Below, piece after piece: positions 63,455 to 64,000 of a stretch of DNA of 64,000 nucleotides. Under the pieces are notes generated by a model. The model worked only from the letters and a program-made list of their open reading frames with translations. It ran no database searches and had not been told where the DNA came from. The stretch is taken from NCBI GenBank assembly GCA_017508975.1, contig JAFWQU010000023.1, positions 16,075 to 80,074 on the forward strand. The letters run 5' to 3'. The first letter of the stretch is position 1. Each line of letters starts with the position of its first letter. The DNA is from Clostridia bacterium (GTDB lineage Bacteria; Bacillota; Clostridia; Christensenellales; Aristaeellaceae). The translations under genes were made by a program, and so were the position numbers.

Positions 63455-64000
63455 ATGAAGGCATTGTTTGAGGGCTGCGCAACCGCGCTGATCACCCCCT
63501 TCCGCGGCGGCGAGGTGGATTATCCCGCCCTGGACGCCCTGGTGGAGCGGCAGATCGAGGCCGGCATCGACGCGCTGGTCGCCGCGGGCACCACGGGCGA
63601 GCCCGCCACCATGACCTGGGAGGAGCACCTGAACGTGATCCGCCGGGTGGTGGAAGTGGCGAACCACCGGGTGCCGGTCATCGCCGGCACGGGCAGCAAC
63701 TCCACCAGTGAGGCGGTGCATGCCGCGCACATGTCCGAGGAGTTCGGCGCGGACGCCCAGCTGGTGGTCACCCCCTACTACAACAAGACCAGCCAGGAGG
63801 GCCTGGTGGCGCACTTCAACGCGGTCGCGGACGCGGCGACGCTGCCGGTGATCGTCTATAACGTCCCCAGCCGCACCGGCATCAATATCGGTCCCTGGGC
63901 TCTGGAGCAGATCTGCCGTCATCCCAAGGTGGTGGCGGTGAAGGAGGCCTCCAGCGACGTGGGCCAGGCGCTGGACAAGCTGCGCCTGGTGGGGGACAAC
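63455..64000 (+). CDS. dapA: 4-hydroxy-tetrahydrodipicolinate synthase, 3' end off the window
   Basis: My translation from ATG 63455 (MKALFEGCATALITPFRGGEVDYPALDALVERQIEAGIDALVAAGTTGEPATM...VIVYNVPSRTG) stays open to the window end. AGGAGGAG RBS. Confidence 0.92.
   Translation, partial: MKALFEGCATALITPFRGGEVDYPALDALVERQIEAGIDALVAAGTTGEPATMTWEEHLNVIRRVVEVANHRVPVIAGTGSNSTSEAVHAAHMSEEFGADAQLVVTPYYNKTSQEGLVAHFNAVADAATLPVIVYNVPSRTGINIGPWALEQICRHPKVVAVKEASSDVGQALDKLRLVGDN

Overview
This window looks like a high-GC Firmicutes/Clostridia-type chromosomal segment. The taxonomy is an inference from strong AGGAGG ribosome-binding sites, gene content (DnaD/DnaI-type loader, HU, FprA, clostripain, GlnRS plus GluRS) and terminator-type riboswitch and leader RNAs. 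I call about 53 tightly packed genes, mostly housekeeping. They include an Fe(III)/polyamine-type ABC importer, ppx, rplJ-rplL with an L10 leader, and an M20 amidohydrolase-MoxR-DUF58-DUF4129 operon. There is also a split HMA domain plus P1B metal ATPase, hup, fprA-hisS-aspS, and a block of secreted or surface proteins (PstS-like, LRR/SH3, SH3/PG-binding, clostripain). Further genes are dnaD-dnaC-like, metA, a GH29 fucosidase, a heterodimeric ABC exporter, a GH13 enzyme, argG-amino-acid ABC-argF, an AAA-CYTH fusion, bioY, flippase-capA, dxs-tlyA-glnS-gltX, pepV, and a lysine-riboswitch-controlled asd-dapA. I found no rRNA, tRNA, CRISPR array, transposase or recognisable defence system. The most unusual signal is non-coding. 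A conserved ~57-nt double-hairpin repeat (here called RPT-A) occurs 15 times, always outside the coding regions I call. It shows paired (compensatory) indels in both stems, strand-asymmetric G-U-compatible substitutions, and tandem and inverted arrangements. I do not recognise it as a named family. A second low-GC repeat with a perfect 9-10 bp palindrome (RPT-B) occurs twice. Many very long ORFs in the track are antisense artefacts of the high GC content, and several true genes start well downstream of the longest-ORF start. All coordinates, motif matches and counts were derived by eye from the sequence, not computed.
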